DNA from: Berkelbacteria bacterium GW2011_GWE1_39_12
GTDB taxonomy: Bacteria; Patescibacteriota; UBA1384; UBA12157
Direction: 5' to 3'
Assembly (NCBI GenBank): GCA_001029735.1
Contig: CP011213.1
Location: forward strand, 524,613 to 588,612
Length of the DNA: 64,000 nucleotides
The position numbers and the translations under genes were made by a program. Below, one piece after another: positions 32,752 to 42,618 of the stretch. How positions within the stretch are numbered: the stretch's first letter is position 1; every line of letters begins with the position of its first letter. The notes beneath the pieces were generated by a model. That model did not search any database, was not told where the DNA came from, and worked only from the letters and a program-made list of their open reading frames with translations.

Positions 32752-33531
32752 CTAAACCTTAGTTTTAGTTTTAGCTTTCTTTAAACTTTCTTGTAGCATT
32801 TTCATAAGGTCGGGGACAGGCGTAGGTTTTTTGACCGGAACAGCTTCCGGTTCCTTACCTGAAAGTTTTTGTTCGATAATTTTTTTCAAATTTTCGTTAA
32901 AATTATCTTTGTAGTTTTCAATCTCAATTGGCTTTTCTAAACTCGATATTAAATTAACCGCAAGTTTTAATTCGTCGTTTGTTACTTCTGAGGCTGCAGG
33001 ATTTTTTAATTCTTCTGGGCTTCTTATTTCATCTTGAAATCGAATTTGTTCCAAAATTAAATAACCATTTTCTACCTGCAAGGTCGCAAGATGCTCTCTG
33101 TTACGAATGGAAAATTTAGCTACTGCAATTCTTTTAGTTTGAATTAATGCTTCGCGAAGTAAGGCAAAAGATTTTTCAGCGCCTTCGTTTGGCTCTAGAT
33201 AATATGGTTTTTGATCTAGCATTCGATTAACTTTTTCTTTATCAGTGAAACCGACTATATTGATGCTTTTGTAGCTCGGTGAATTAACTTGTAGAAAGTC
33301 TTTTTCCGTTAAAACAACGTATTGATCCTTTTCATATTCATAGCCTTTGACGATTTCCGCATACGGAACCTCTTTTTCTTCTTCAACACAAACTCTGGCG
33401 AAACGAATCGGTGATAAATCCTTTTTATGAAGCATATCAAAATTATACACTCGATCATTCGATGCAGAATAAAGTTTAATTGGAATACTAATTAAGAAGA
33501 AATTTAAACTGCCCGACCAAATTGCTTTCAT
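32752..33531 (-). CDS. ku: Ku protein (NHEJ end binding)
   Basis: MKAIWSGSL..IPIKLYSA, IVKGYEY and KPYYLEP motifs. Confidence 0.95.
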   Translation of the reverse strand: MKAIWSGSLNFFLISIPIKLYSASNDRVYNFDMLHKKDLSPIRFARVCVEEEKEVPYAEIVKGYEYEKDQYVVLTEKDFLQVNSPSYKSINIVGFTDKEKVNRMLDQKPYYLEPNEGAEKSFALLREALIQTKRIAVAKFSIRNREHLATLQVENGYLILEQIRFQDEIRSPEELKNPAASEVTNDELKLAVNLISSLEKPIEIENYKDNFNENLKKIIEQKLSGKEPEAVPVKKPTPVPDLMKMLQESLKKAKTKTKV

Positions 33532-33635
33532 TTCACCTCTTAAAAAGTATAGTCTATTACTTTGTGAAAAGGTTTGTGGATATTAATAATGATTTACTTA
33601 ATGATTATTAATAGGATAAATAAGAAAGGAAAAGA

Positions 33636-33938
33636 ATGGTTTATCCCTATAGAAATAGATTTTTGGTCTATCTGGTTGATTTAGTGTTTTCACTGATTGA
33701 ACTTCTGCTCGTAATGAGAATACTTTTGCGTCTTTTTGGCGCTTCGCCTAGCGCATCTTTCGTGCGTTGGATTTTTGATACAACTTCTTCCCTGCTACGT
33801 CCATTTTTCGGTATCTTTCCCACGACTGCGATTAATCATGTTTATATATTAGAGCTTTCAACTTTGTTCGCTTTGGTAGTATATGCGATTTTACATTATC
33901 TAATCGTTGAACTTTTGAATTGGTTTGCTGCTCGATAA
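33636..33938 (+). CDS. YggT-like membrane protein
   Basis: RILLRLFGA..FVRWIFDTTSSLLRPFFGIFP motif. Confidence 0.8.
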   Translation: MVYPYRNRFLVYLVDLVFSLIELLLVMRILLRLFGASPSASFVRWIFDTTSSLLRPFFGIFPTTAINHVYILELSTLFALVVYAILHYLIVELLNWFAAR

Positions 33939-34160
33939 TTAGTTTTGTTTAAAAAGATTTAAAAGCTCAAAGAAAAAGCGGCCCACAATTGGGATGTTGG
34001 TTAGAACTTTTATTATATACAGCAAGATAGTAGCAAATAACGCTGAACCTAAAAAGAATCCAAAACCACCAAAAATCCCTTTGATAAATGTCCACTTTAA
34101 AGAATTAGCTTTTATTAATTCATTTTTTAATTCTAGAATAGGATTTTTTTGAATATTCAT
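33939..34160 (-). CDS. Small membrane protein (DUF5665-like)
   Basis: FIKGIFGGFGFFLG..IPIVGRF pattern. Confidence 0.65.
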   Translation of the reverse strand: MNIQKNPILELKNELIKANSLKWTFIKGIFGGFGFFLGSALFATILLYIIKVLTNIPIVGRFFFELLNLFKQN

Positions 34161-34309
34161 TGTTTACTTATATTTTACTTGATTGAAAATAAAAACTCTT
34201 GATAAATAAAACAAATATTACACAAGATTTTAAAGAATTTATGAGCTAATTGCCAATGATTTTCGAGTTTAAAATAATCAAACTGAAAGTAAGAATGGGG
34301 GCGATATTA

Positions 34310-34504
34310 ATGAATAACAGCCAAAGGAAAGGGACAGAAAAAAGAGGATTTGCTTCAATGAGTCCTGACGAGCAAAAAAAAATTGCCAGTATGGGTGGAA
34401 AAGCTGCACATCAAAAAGGTACTGCGCATGAATTTACTTCTTCCGAAGCTCGAGAAGCCGGTCGCAAAGGGGGACGATCCTCCCAAAAAAGTCGAGCAAG
34501 ATAA
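34310..34504 (+). CDS. KGG-repeat general stress protein
   Basis: RGFASMSPDEQKKIASMGGKAAHQKGTAHEFTSSEAREAGRKGG. Confidence 0.92.
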   Translation: MNNSQRKGTEKRGFASMSPDEQKKIASMGGKAAHQKGTAHEFTSSEAREAGRKGGRSSQKSRAR

Positions 34505-34554
34505 TATGCAAAATTTGATTAACTCAAAAAATCATCGGCTATACCGATGATTTT

Positions 34555-34878
34555 TTATTCGACACCATTATTTTCAATTAATTCATTTACTTTTATTTTA
34601 CCACTAGTTTCTAAATGAGCCTCACAGTGATATCCAAATTCGCCAGGATCGTTAAAAGTGTGTTCAAAAGTCTCGCCGGGTCTAATTATTTGAGATGAGA
34701 AGAAATTATCATCAGATGTGACCGTATGTTCTTTGTCGCCGACATTTTGCCAAATTACTTTTGAATTTGGATAAATTTCTAAAAAATCAGGATCAAATAC
34801 GTCATCAGTAATAACTATATTTGATCTTTCTAAATTACTTTCACTTATCTCGTCTAAGAATTCTTTTTCTTGGTTCAT
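34555..34878 (-). CDS. Cupredoxin/plastocyanin-like protein
   Basis: WQN..HTVT..FNDPGEFGYHCEAH copper-ligand pattern; the usual axial Met is absent (HLETSG). Confidence 0.8.
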   Translation of the reverse strand: MNQEKEFLDEISESNLERSNIVITDDVFDPDFLEIYPNSKVIWQNVGDKEHTVTSDDNFFSSQIIRPGETFEHTFNDPGEFGYHCEAHLETSGKIKVNELIENNGVE

Positions 34879-34940
34879 AATTAAATTTTATAAAAAATTA
34901 TTAAAATAAACTTCGTCAAATAAAACAAAGTTTTCTAAAT

Positions 34941-34969
34941 CAATAACCGGAGAATTTCTCCGGTTATTG
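34941..34969. terminator. Perfect inverted repeat, likely terminator
   Basis: caataaccggagaa-t-ttctccggttattg. Confidence 0.7.
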
Positions 34970-34984
34970 TTAAATAAAGCTATC

Positions 34985-35488
34985 CTACTCTGCACCGTAT
35001 TGCTGACAAATGATGTGTGCCAGCTTTTCGGCAGTAATATCAGTGAGATCTACCGCTCTTTCTGCGTTGTTAAATACGAGATAGCAATTGCCGCTATGAA
35101 GCATAATGCCTTCTGTTTCGTCCATCCAGATACACAGCCGGAAGTCCAAAATGGTTAGCGACTCAATACTGCAGCAGTTCTCCAGCATCAAATCACGCTT
35201 TTCCAGGACTTCTTCGATTGCGGTCCGCCACTCAGCGACATTGGTACCGTATCGGTTTACGAAGTTGTTGATCTTTGATACGGATTCCTCAACGGAAACG
35301 TAGTTCTGGCCTTTGGGCCATTCCACTGATACATCGACTACTGCGAGATTCTTTACTAGATCATCACCAAATGCCTTAACGATGCCCAGATAGACGCATC
35401 CTGCTTCTTGGCTTATAACCATACCACTGAGTGGTGATTCAGTCCCAAGAAAGTATACACCGATCACATGTGAATTTTCCAAATCCAC
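34985..35488 (-). CDS. Orphan hypothetical protein
   Basis: AAGGAGGT SD, GTG start, own promoter and terminator. Confidence 0.72.
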   Translation of the reverse strand: MDLENSHVIGVYFLGTESPLSGMVISQEAGCVYLGIVKAFGDDLVKNLAVVDVSVEWPKGQNYVSVEESVSKINNFVNRYGTNVAEWRTAIEEVLEKRDLMLENCCSIESLTILDFRLCIWMDETEGIMLHSGNCYLVFNNAERAVDLTDITAEKLAHIICQQYGAE

Positions 35489-35501
35489 ACCTCCTTAGAA
35501 T

Positions 35502-35546
35502 CAAATTTGCCATGCATAGCATAGCAAATTTGGGGTCCAATGTCAA
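35502..35546 (-). promoter_or_regulatory. Sigma70-type promoter with its -10 embedded in an inverted repeat
   Basis: TTGACA-17nt-TATGCT; caaatttgctatgc-tat-gcatggcaaatttg. Confidence 0.65.
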
Positions 35547-35576
35547 TCAGTGCCTTTTAAAAAACCGCCTTGATAT

Positions 35577-35612
35577 TATAATTTCGCAGAAATTTCCGCG
35601 GATTTATCCTAT
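35577..35612 (-). repeat. GCGGA double-hairpin element, copy B
   Basis: Minus strand: ATA-GGAT aa ATCC-GCGGA-AATTTC tgc GAAATT-ATA. Confidence 0.75.
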
Positions 35613-35636
35613 CTTCGGCGGGTTAATCTTGTGTTC

Positions 35637-38360
35637 TTATCGGATGAATTTAGAAGAGAGCTTAGAAATGTTTGGAATGTCATCGCTTTTGGTAGCTTTT
35701 TGGCCTAAACGATAAAAATATTTTCGGATTTCTTCCACTACGATTATTGATAAACTAATAGTAATGATTGTTACCCAGTCAATAAAATTTAATGGAGTTG
35801 TGTGCAAAATCCTCTGCATAATTGGATTATAGACTGCTAACATCTGTAGCAGAATAACTATGATAGTCGCTCCGACTAAAAATTTATTGGAAAAAAATCT
35901 CATCTGAAAGATCGATTTTTCTTCTGAACGACAGTTCCAAGCGTTGAACCATTGAAAAACCGCTAATGTTGTCAAAGATATCGTCCAGGCTTTAGTAATA
36001 TCGACTTGATAGAACCTGCTAAAAAGATAAAGCGTACCAACCATCATTGGTAGAGCCATTAAAATAATTCTCTTTGTCATTAAGGAATCAATCAGATATT
36101 TAGAAGGTTTTTCAGGTTTTTCCTTGAGCAAACCGTCTTCTTTCGGTTCCATCGCCAATGACATGTCTAAAAAACCATCAGTAACTAAATTGAGCCAAAT
36201 AATCTGTGCCGGTAATATGGGTAGTGCCCATCCTAAAACAAGTGCTCCCGATATAGTTAAAACTTCGCCTATGCTGGTGGAGAAAAGATACAGAATCACC
36301 TTTTTAATGGTTTTATAGATCGATCGACCTTCTTCGACCGCTGAGACAATGCTGCCGAAATTATCGTCCAAAAGAACAATGTCAGCGGCTTCTTTAGTTA
36401 CCTCAGTACCGATTTTCCCCATCGCCACTCCTAAATCGGCAGCAACAAGGGAAGGCGCGTCATTAACGCCGTCGCCAGTCATCGCAATAATTTCCCCTCT
36501 TGTCCTAAAAGCTTTGATTATCATCAGTTTGTGTTCGGGAGTTACTCTGGCGAAAACCGAGGTATAATCAAGTTTTTCTGAAAGTTCAGTTTCGGAAAGT
36601 TTTTCAAGTTCTTCACCTGTTAAAATCATATCTCCTTGCGAGAAGATCCCCGCCTCTTGGGCAACTGCCTTGGCCGTAATCGGATGGTCGCCGGTAATCA
36701 TTACAATTCTAATACCGGCAGAATGTGCTTTTTGAACTGCATTATGGACTTCTGGGCGAAGAGCATCTTTCATGCCCAAAAAGCCCAAGAAGGTTAGTGA
36801 ATTAACCTCGTCTAGCTTAAGACTTGTAGAGATTTTATCCGAAGTTGCGATAGCGACCACTCTTAAACCTTCTTTAGACATTTCTTGAAAAGTTGACTCA
36901 AGTTTTTTAACCTCTACCAAAGATAATTCTTCAACTTTCCCATCCCGCCAGATTTTCTGGGAAAGTTTTAAAATCGTCTCGGGTGCTCCAGAAACTGTCA
37001 TTATTTTGTTTAATCCTTCTTGATTTACAACTGTGCGAAGTTTATGTCTGTAATCAAAGGGAGTCTCGGCAATCTTTGGCAAATCTTTTTCCGTCTTGTC
37101 TCTGTCAATCCCTAGTTTATTGGCAAATACCAACATAGCCGCCTCTGTTGGATCGCCTGAAACTTGATGGTTACCTTTCTCAAAAGTTACATTTGCCCCT
37201 GAGGACAACAATGTATGCAAAGATAAGGTTTCTAACTCAGGAAAATCACTAAGATTGATCGTTTTCCCATCAATTTTTACTTCTCCTTTTGGTTCGTAAC
37301 CTTCACCGGTAATTTGAAAGCATTTTCCATTAATAAATACTTTTTGGACCATCATTTCATTCTTTGTGATCGTGCCCGTTTTATCAACTGCAATAATTTT
37401 AGTTTGCCCTAGCGCTTCAACAGCATAAAGTTTTTTGATCAAAGCATTGCGCTTACTCATCCTCCAGACCCCGGTGGTCAGAATCAGAGTCATCACAATT
37501 GGCAAACCCTCTGGAATTATCGAAACAGCCAAAGAAACCACCGTTCTAAACATTTCAGAAAGGGGATTTCCATGAGCAATTCCAAGGAATATAAGAAGAG
37601 TACCAATTATTATGACAGCATAAACAATTAGTCGTGAAAGATAGCGGATGTTGGTTTTAAGAGGTATTTCCGTATCGATGGTAGCGATTTCTTTAGAGAT
37701 TTTCCCAATATAAGTATCTAACCCTGTGGCGACAACAATTGCTTTTCCATTTCCGGCAACAATGTGAGTTCCTTTGAAAACCATGTTTTTTTGATCGGAG
37801 ATCGGCAAATGAGTTGTTTCCAAAATCTCGGATATTTTACTTACAGGCTCTGACTCGCCAGTTAAGGTTGATTCATCGAGGCGCAACTGATTAGAAACTA
37901 ACAGACGAGCATCGGTAGGGATTTTCTCGCCTTCTTGCAAGACAATAATGTCACCAGGAACGAGTTCGCTATCTGAAATAATCGATTCTTTACCGTCCCT
38001 TAAAACAGTTGCCTTAGTGGCGACATAGTTTTTAAGTGCTAAGAGTGTATTTTGGGCTTTCCCTTCTTGAATGGTGCCGACAATCGCATTAAAGAAAAGA
38101 ACAAACAGGATCAATCCTCCATCGGTATACTCCTTTAGAAAGAGGGTAATGACGGCGGCGGCAAAAAGGATATAGATTAGAGGACTTTGAAATTGACGAA
38201 AAAATATTACCAGCAAACTATCTGATTTCGCTTCAGGAAGTTTGTTCTGTCCGTACTTTAGTAAGCGGTTTTTGCTTTCTGGATTCGTTAAACCTTCTAT
38301 ATTGGAACCAAAATCAGCCAAGATTGTCTCAGTTGATTTATTAAACCATAAATTGTTCAC
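35637..38360 (-). CDS. Cation-transporting P-type ATPase (P2A, Ca2+-type)
   Basis: LTGES, IPEGLP, DKTGT, MITGD, TGDGVND and WLNLVTD motifs. Confidence 0.95.
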   Translation of the reverse strand: MNNLWFNKSTETILADFGSNIEGLTNPESKNRLLKYGQNKLPEAKSDSLLVIFFRQFQSPLIYILFAAAVITLFLKEYTDGGLILFVLFFNAIVGTIQEGKAQNTLLALKNYVATKATVLRDGKESIISDSELVPGDIIVLQEGEKIPTDARLLVSNQLRLDESTLTGESEPVSKISEILETTHLPISDQKNMVFKGTHIVAGNGKAIVVATGLDTYIGKISKEIATIDTEIPLKTNIRYLSRLIVYAVIIIGTLLIFLGIAHGNPLSEMFRTVVSLAVSIIPEGLPIVMTLILTTGVWRMSKRNALIKKLYAVEALGQTKIIAVDKTGTITKNEMMVQKVFINGKCFQITGEGYEPKGEVKIDGKTINLSDFPELETLSLHTLLSSGANVTFEKGNHQVSGDPTEAAMLVFANKLGIDRDKTEKDLPKIAETPFDYRHKLRTVVNQEGLNKIMTVSGAPETILKLSQKIWRDGKVEELSLVEVKKLESTFQEMSKEGLRVVAIATSDKISTSLKLDEVNSLTFLGFLGMKDALRPEVHNAVQKAHSAGIRIVMITGDHPITAKAVAQEAGIFSQGDMILTGEELEKLSETELSEKLDYTSVFARVTPEHKLMIIKAFRTRGEIIAMTGDGVNDAPSLVAADLGVAMGKIGTEVTKEAADIVLLDDNFGSIVSAVEEGRSIYKTIKKVILYLFSTSIGEVLTISGALVLGWALPILPAQIIWLNLVTDGFLDMSLAMEPKEDGLLKEKPEKPSKYLIDSLMTKRIILMALPMMVGTLYLFSRFYQVDITKAWTISLTTLAVFQWFNAWNCRSEEKSIFQMRFFSNKFLVGATIIVILLQMLAVYNPIMQRILHTTPLNFIDWVTIITISLSIIVVEEIRKYFYRLGQKATKSDDIPNISKLSSKFIR

Positions 38361-38364
38361 GGAG

Positions 38365-38565
38365 CTACTCCTTGATTTGCTTTAAGCCAATAATGGCAAG
38401 ATAAATGATGGGGACAACAAAAATAATCCAAAGCAAAATAACGGCCATATCGGTCAAAAACCAACCTGGAAAATAAACGGTGATTAGAACACCGGCGGCG
38501 ATCATGGAAAACTTAAGTAGCCCCAATTGCCACCAAGAAAACGAATAATCTTTAAATGGATGCAT
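38365..38565 (-). CDS. Small membrane protein
   Basis: AGGAG SD, two TMs (WWQLGLLKFSM..). Confidence 0.65.
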   Translation of the reverse strand: MHPFKDYSFSWWQLGLLKFSMIAAGVLITVYFPGWFLTDMAVILLWIIFVVPIIYLAIIGLKQIKE

Positions 38566-38645
38566 TTTGCTCCTTTGTTTAATTTTACCACAGAAAGATG
38601 ATAAGTAATTGTACTGCAAATAAACGGATGAAAAACGTAAAAAAC

Positions 38646-38674
38646 TTGACAAATATGAACATATGTTCTAAAAT
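38646..38674 (+). promoter_or_regulatory. Promoter with palindromic operator upstream of the DUF134 gene
   Basis: TTGACA-17nt-TAAAAT with GAACATATGTTC palindrome in the spacer. Confidence 0.7.
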
Positions 38675-38680
38675 AAAATT

Positions 38681-38761
38681 AATCAATTTGATTTCAAACT
38701 TGTTTATAATCAATTTGATTTCAAACTTGTTTATAATCAATTTGATTTCAAACTTGTTTAT
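38681..38761 (+). repeat. Perfect 27-bp tandem repeat, three copies
   Basis: aatcaatttgatttcaaacttgtttat at 38681, 38708 and 38735. Confidence 0.95.
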
Positions 38762-38781
38762 TTTTACTAGAAAAGGAAAAT

Positions 38782-39297
38782 ATGCGTAATGGAAAACGGG
38801 GAAGAAAAAAACTTTTAAGAACAATTCATTTTTGTCCAGAAATAACCTACTTTAAACCGGTGGGGGTTCCTTTGAGAAACTTACAAGAGGAGGTTTTGAC
38901 TTTGGATGAAGTCGAAGCAATACGCTCGACAGATCTAGACGATCTAAATCAAGAAGAAGCGGCTATAAAAATGGGAATTTCCAGGATTACATATTTAAGA
39001 ATTTTACATAGTGCGCACAAAAAAATAGCCAGAAGTTTAATTTATGGTAAAGCAATTCAAATGAGAGGAGGTGATGTAATTATGCCAAACTTAGACGGGA
39101 CCGGCCCCCAGGGCCATGGTTCGCAAACTGGACAAGGACAGGGTTGGGGTAAAAAACAAGGACAAGGATTAGGCGGCACTGAAGAGTGTGTCTGCCCAAA
39201 ATGTGGCGAAAAAGTATCGCATCGCAGAGGAGTTCCCTGTAGCCAAATGATTTGCCCGAAATGTAACGCGCCTTTAACAGGAAAATTTTGTGAGTAA
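38782..39297 (+). CDS. DUF134 DNA-binding protein fused to a Gly-rich CxC..CPKC zinc-binding domain
   Basis: FKPVGVP..LTLDEVEAIR..QEEAA..MGISRIT; C-terminal CVCPKCG..PC..CPKC. Confidence 0.88.
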   Translation: MRNGKRGRKKLLRTIHFCPEITYFKPVGVPLRNLQEEVLTLDEVEAIRSTDLDDLNQEEAAIKMGISRITYLRILHSAHKKIARSLIYGKAIQMRGGDVIMPNLDGTGPQGHGSQTGQGQGWGKKQGQGLGGTEECVCPKCGEKVSHRRGVPCSQMICPKCNAPLTGKFCE

Positions 39298-39327
39298 GAA
39301 ATTTTTTATAGAAGGGAGGTGACTAAT

Positions 39328-39570
39328 ATGCCAAGATTAAATGGAACAGGTCCGCAAGGAATGGGACCAATGACAGGAAGAGGTTTGGGTTCTTGCGGAG
39401 GTGGTAGAGGATATGGACGGGGAATGGGTTGTGGCTATGGTTGTGGAATGCCCTGGTCATATCGACAGCCGAATATTGACGAAGAAAAAGAAATGATTAA
39501 AGATGACATTGCCGTTTTAAAAGAAGAATTAAAAGCCGCCGAAGAGCGTCTTTCAGAGTTGAATAAGTAG
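39328..39570 (+). CDS. DUF5320 family protein
   Basis: MPRLNGTGPQGMGPMTGRGLGSC plus coiled-coil tail; GGAGGTGA SD. Confidence 0.85.
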   Translation: MPRLNGTGPQGMGPMTGRGLGSCGGGRGYGRGMGCGYGCGMPWSYRQPNIDEEKEMIKDDIAVLKEELKAAEERLSELNK

Positions 39571-39635
39571 AATAAAAATGAAGAGGGAATTAACGGAAAC
39601 CCACTTCCCTCTTCACTTGTATTGTAAGGAGATTT

Positions 39636-40342
39636 ATGGACTCATACAATGTGTGCGGGCAGATCCCCGTTATTAAAGAAATATCGTGGGTTGTAATCAC
39701 TAGTGCCGCGCTAGTCGATTCAATTAATCCTTGCGCAATCGCGGTATTGTTAATTTTATTAGGATCGCTTCTTACCTTAAAAACTAAAAGGCAAGCAGTT
39801 TTAACTGGGCTATCTTTTGTTGTCGGCTTGTTTGTTGCTTATTTTTTAGCAGGCTTCGGACTTTTTCATGCCTTAACTTTGGTTGGAATCGCCAAGTGGT
39901 TCCATCTGGTAGTGGGGATATTGGCAATAATTATTGGACTTTCCAATGTCAAAGACTATTTTTGGTATGGGGCGGGTGGATTTGTTACTGAAATCCCAAA
40001 TCGCTGGCGGCCAAAAATGAAAAATATTTGACAAAAATTGTAAAACCGTTGCCAGCTTTTTTGATTGGTTTTGTGATTATTTTCTTCGAGCTGCCGTGTA
40101 CTGGCGGACCGTATCTATTTACTCTGGGCTATCTCGCTAGTCTGCCCAAATTTTCTTTAGTGCCAATACTTATCTATTATAACTTGATCTTTATTTTGCC
40201 GCTTTTGCTTATTATCGGTCTGGTGTATTTTGGATATTCTAGTATTGAAAAAACAACTCAATGGAAAGATAAAAACATTAGGATTTTACACCTTATTTCT
40301 GGTATAATAATGTTGGGTCTAGGTCTTTGGATAATTAATTAG
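39636..40342 (+). pseudogene. CcdA/DsbD-TM-like thiol-transfer membrane protein split by a frameshift
   Basis: DSINPCA in 39636..40031 and ELPCTGGPY in 40028..40342; the frames join if one T is added at aatatttg (about 40027). Confidence 0.75.
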
Positions 40343-40351
40343 AATGGGATA

Positions 40352-41089
40352 ATGACTTTACTATTTATTCTTTTGGCTACTTTTATTAATGGATTAGTCG
40401 CTTTTACAGGTGCTACTTTTTTATTTTTTGGCCCTAAGAAGTATGGAAAAATCCTTTTTTTACTCGTTGCTTTTTCGACTGGCGCATTGCTCGGCGGTGC
40501 ATTTTTTCATCTTATTCCTGAATCTTTAGAAGCCATTGATTCAAATTTGACTTTTATATTGGTCTTGATTGGTTTCTCTGCTTTTTTTCTGATGGAAAAA
40601 TACTTTCATTGGCGTCATTGTCATGACGATGAATGCAATATCCATCCTGCCAGTTACCTGCTATTGTTTGGCGATGGAATCCATAATTTTATTGACGGCT
40701 TAGTTATAGCTGCTTCTTTTATGGTTGATTTTCGATTTGGTGTCATTACGACAATCCTTATTATCGCCCATGAATTGCCTCAAGAACTGGGAGATTTCGG
40801 TGTTTTAGTCCATTTGGGTATGAAAGTTAAAAAAGCCCTAATTTATAATTTTCTCTCACAATTAACAGCGGTTGCTGGGGGGATTGTCGGATATATTTTA
40901 TCGGGTAACACTGAATTTAGCACTGCAATGCTACCGATAGCTGCCGGCGGATTTATCTATATTGCGGCCTCTGATCTAATTCCTGAATTACATAAAGAGC
41001 GACAGCTTAAACGCTCAATTGCTAATTACTCAATCTTTTTAGTGGGTATTTGTTTTATTGTTATTCTAAAAATTTTATTGGGTGAATAG
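40352..41089 (+). CDS. ZIP family metal transporter
   Basis: HLIPES, HWRHCH, GDGIHNFIDG and HELPQELGDFG motifs. Confidence 0.93.
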   Translation: MTLLFILLATFINGLVAFTGATFLFFGPKKYGKILFLLVAFSTGALLGGAFFHLIPESLEAIDSNLTFILVLIGFSAFFLMEKYFHWRHCHDDECNIHPASYLLLFGDGIHNFIDGLVIAASFMVDFRFGVITTILIIAHELPQELGDFGVLVHLGMKVKKALIYNFLSQLTAVAGGIVGYILSGNTEFSTAMLPIAAGGFIYIAASDLIPELHKERQLKRSIANYSIFLVGICFIVILKILLGE

Positions 41090-41220
41090 CTCTCGATCAA
41101 TTTTCTGATTTACTCAATTTGCTCCACTTAAAAAGTTTCATATATTAAGCGGAGAGATTTGGGTTACCCATCTTCACGATCTAAACTGCAATATCAGCTG
41201 ATTCAAGCCAAATATTACAA

Positions 41221-41251
41221 AAAACACCTCTACCATTTGAAGAGGTGTTTT
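41221..41251. terminator. Bidirectional terminator-like hairpin
   Basis: aaaacacctct...agaggtgtttt between convergent genes. Confidence 0.65.
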
Positions 41252-41276
41252 TGCTCAATAATTTCTCTAAATGTAT

Positions 41277-41984
41277 CTAAAAATTATTTTTCCAGCGATT
41301 CATCCAACCGAATAAGCTAAACCCACTCTGTAAACTAGTTAACTGATCTTTCAACTCTAATTGGGTTTGCTGTAAAACAATGATCTGATTGGCAACTGTA
41401 ATCTTGTCGGTGTTACTAGTTAATTGTGTTAGTATTTGCTCAAGTGACTTTATCTGTTTTTGGTTCTCGGATAGGGTATCTTTGGCTATTTTTAATTCTT
41501 TGTAGTTTGCTCCAATAAAGAACTTGGCAAATCCGCTTCTTGTTTCAGCTTTATCAATAGATTGTCCTATCTTGTCTTGATTTTTGGTCTGCGTTTGAGC
41601 AATCGTTCGAATTTGATCTCCGATTCCCTCATTTTTGACTTGAGCGGCGGTGCGAATCAACTGCTGTGCCGCGCTGGCGACCGCACTTCTTTGCTCAACA
41701 CCTTTGGAATTTTTCGGTGTGTATTGGGATGTGGCTTGACTAATATCTTCCTGGATCTGTGTCTCGGTTCTAGTTTGTGTCATCGTTCCCGCACTGGGAT
41801 TATTTGTTTGTGTTTGGCTTTGAGTCGCATCCGTTGTGTTGCTCGAAGCCGCAGACGAATCAACTGATGTACTAGACGTACCGGTATTTCCACTTGTTGA
41901 ACCTTGTCCATTTTCCGAGGCTGCAAAGGCCAATCCAGGAACCAGCATAATGAGTCCAAGCATAATTGTAAAAGCTTTTTTCAT
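41277..41984 (-). CDS. Secreted low-complexity/coiled-coil hypothetical protein
   Basis: Signal peptide ending AFA, Ser/Thr/Gln-rich linker, helical C-terminus ending GFSLFGW. Confidence 0.8.
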   Translation of the reverse strand: MKKAFTIMLGLIMLVPGLAFAASENGQGSTSGNTGTSSTSVDSSAASSNTTDATQSQTQTNNPSAGTMTQTRTETQIQEDISQATSQYTPKNSKGVEQRSAVASAAQQLIRTAAQVKNEGIGDQIRTIAQTQTKNQDKIGQSIDKAETRSGFAKFFIGANYKELKIAKDTLSENQKQIKSLEQILTQLTSNTDKITVANQIIVLQQTQLELKDQLTSLQSGFSLFGWMNRWKNNF

Positions 41985-42189
41985 AACCCTCCTATTGCTT
42001 AATTAACTTCTCAAATCAATTATAGCATAAATGCAAAATCGTTGGTTTGATATTCCAGTGATGAGTTAGTAATCGTCCATCAAAAAGCCCAAATTTGCCA
42101 TCAGACTTTTTGAAAAAAATTGCTATTTTTTGTGAGAAATGTCATAGAATTTTAAAAATTAATTTAAGATAATACTTTTGGAGGTAAAA

Positions 42190-42615
42190 ATGTTCACAGG
42201 TTTAGACGTCCTAGATACAACTGTTCAAAAAACCAATATATTTCTTGGGTCAATTGAAAATGATTTAGGTTGGGAGGGGCATCGACATCAGGCCTATCAA
42301 GCGACTCGAGCAGTATTGCATGCATTAAGAGATCGTTTGCCAATTGATTTAGAAGCGCATTTGGCGGCTGAATTGCCACTTTTCCTTAAAGGTGTTTTCT
42401 TTGAAGGCTGGAGCCCGGCTCGAGTGCCTTTACGTATGAATAAGGAAGAGTTTATTCAGTATATCCGTCAAAATTTTATTTTCGATGTTAAAGAGAATGA
42501 AGTAGAAAAAGTTATTAATGTTGTTGGTAAGCGGATTTTTGAATTAATTGGTCCTGAAGAAACAAAAAATATTCTTCAAGCACTTTCGTCTGATGTTGCC
42601 GAGTTATTTGAGTAA
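42190..42615 (+). CDS. DUF2267 family protein
   Basis: AYQATRAVLHALRDRLP..LAAELP..GVFFEGW motif; GGAGG SD. Confidence 0.88.
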   Translation: MFTGLDVLDTTVQKTNIFLGSIENDLGWEGHRHQAYQATRAVLHALRDRLPIDLEAHLAAELPLFLKGVFFEGWSPARVPLRMNKEEFIQYIRQNFIFDVKENEVEKVINVVGKRIFELIGPEETKNILQALSSDVAELFE

Positions 42616-42618
42616 ATT

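Noticed and set aside
38681-38761. Possible CRISPR array
   Set aside because: Units are directly adjacent with no spacers, and there are no cas genes in the window.
41122-41178. GCGGA-containing inverted repeats after the ZIP gene
   Set aside because: GCGGA is part of a stem arm and is not followed by the AATT stem, so it does not fit the element grammar.
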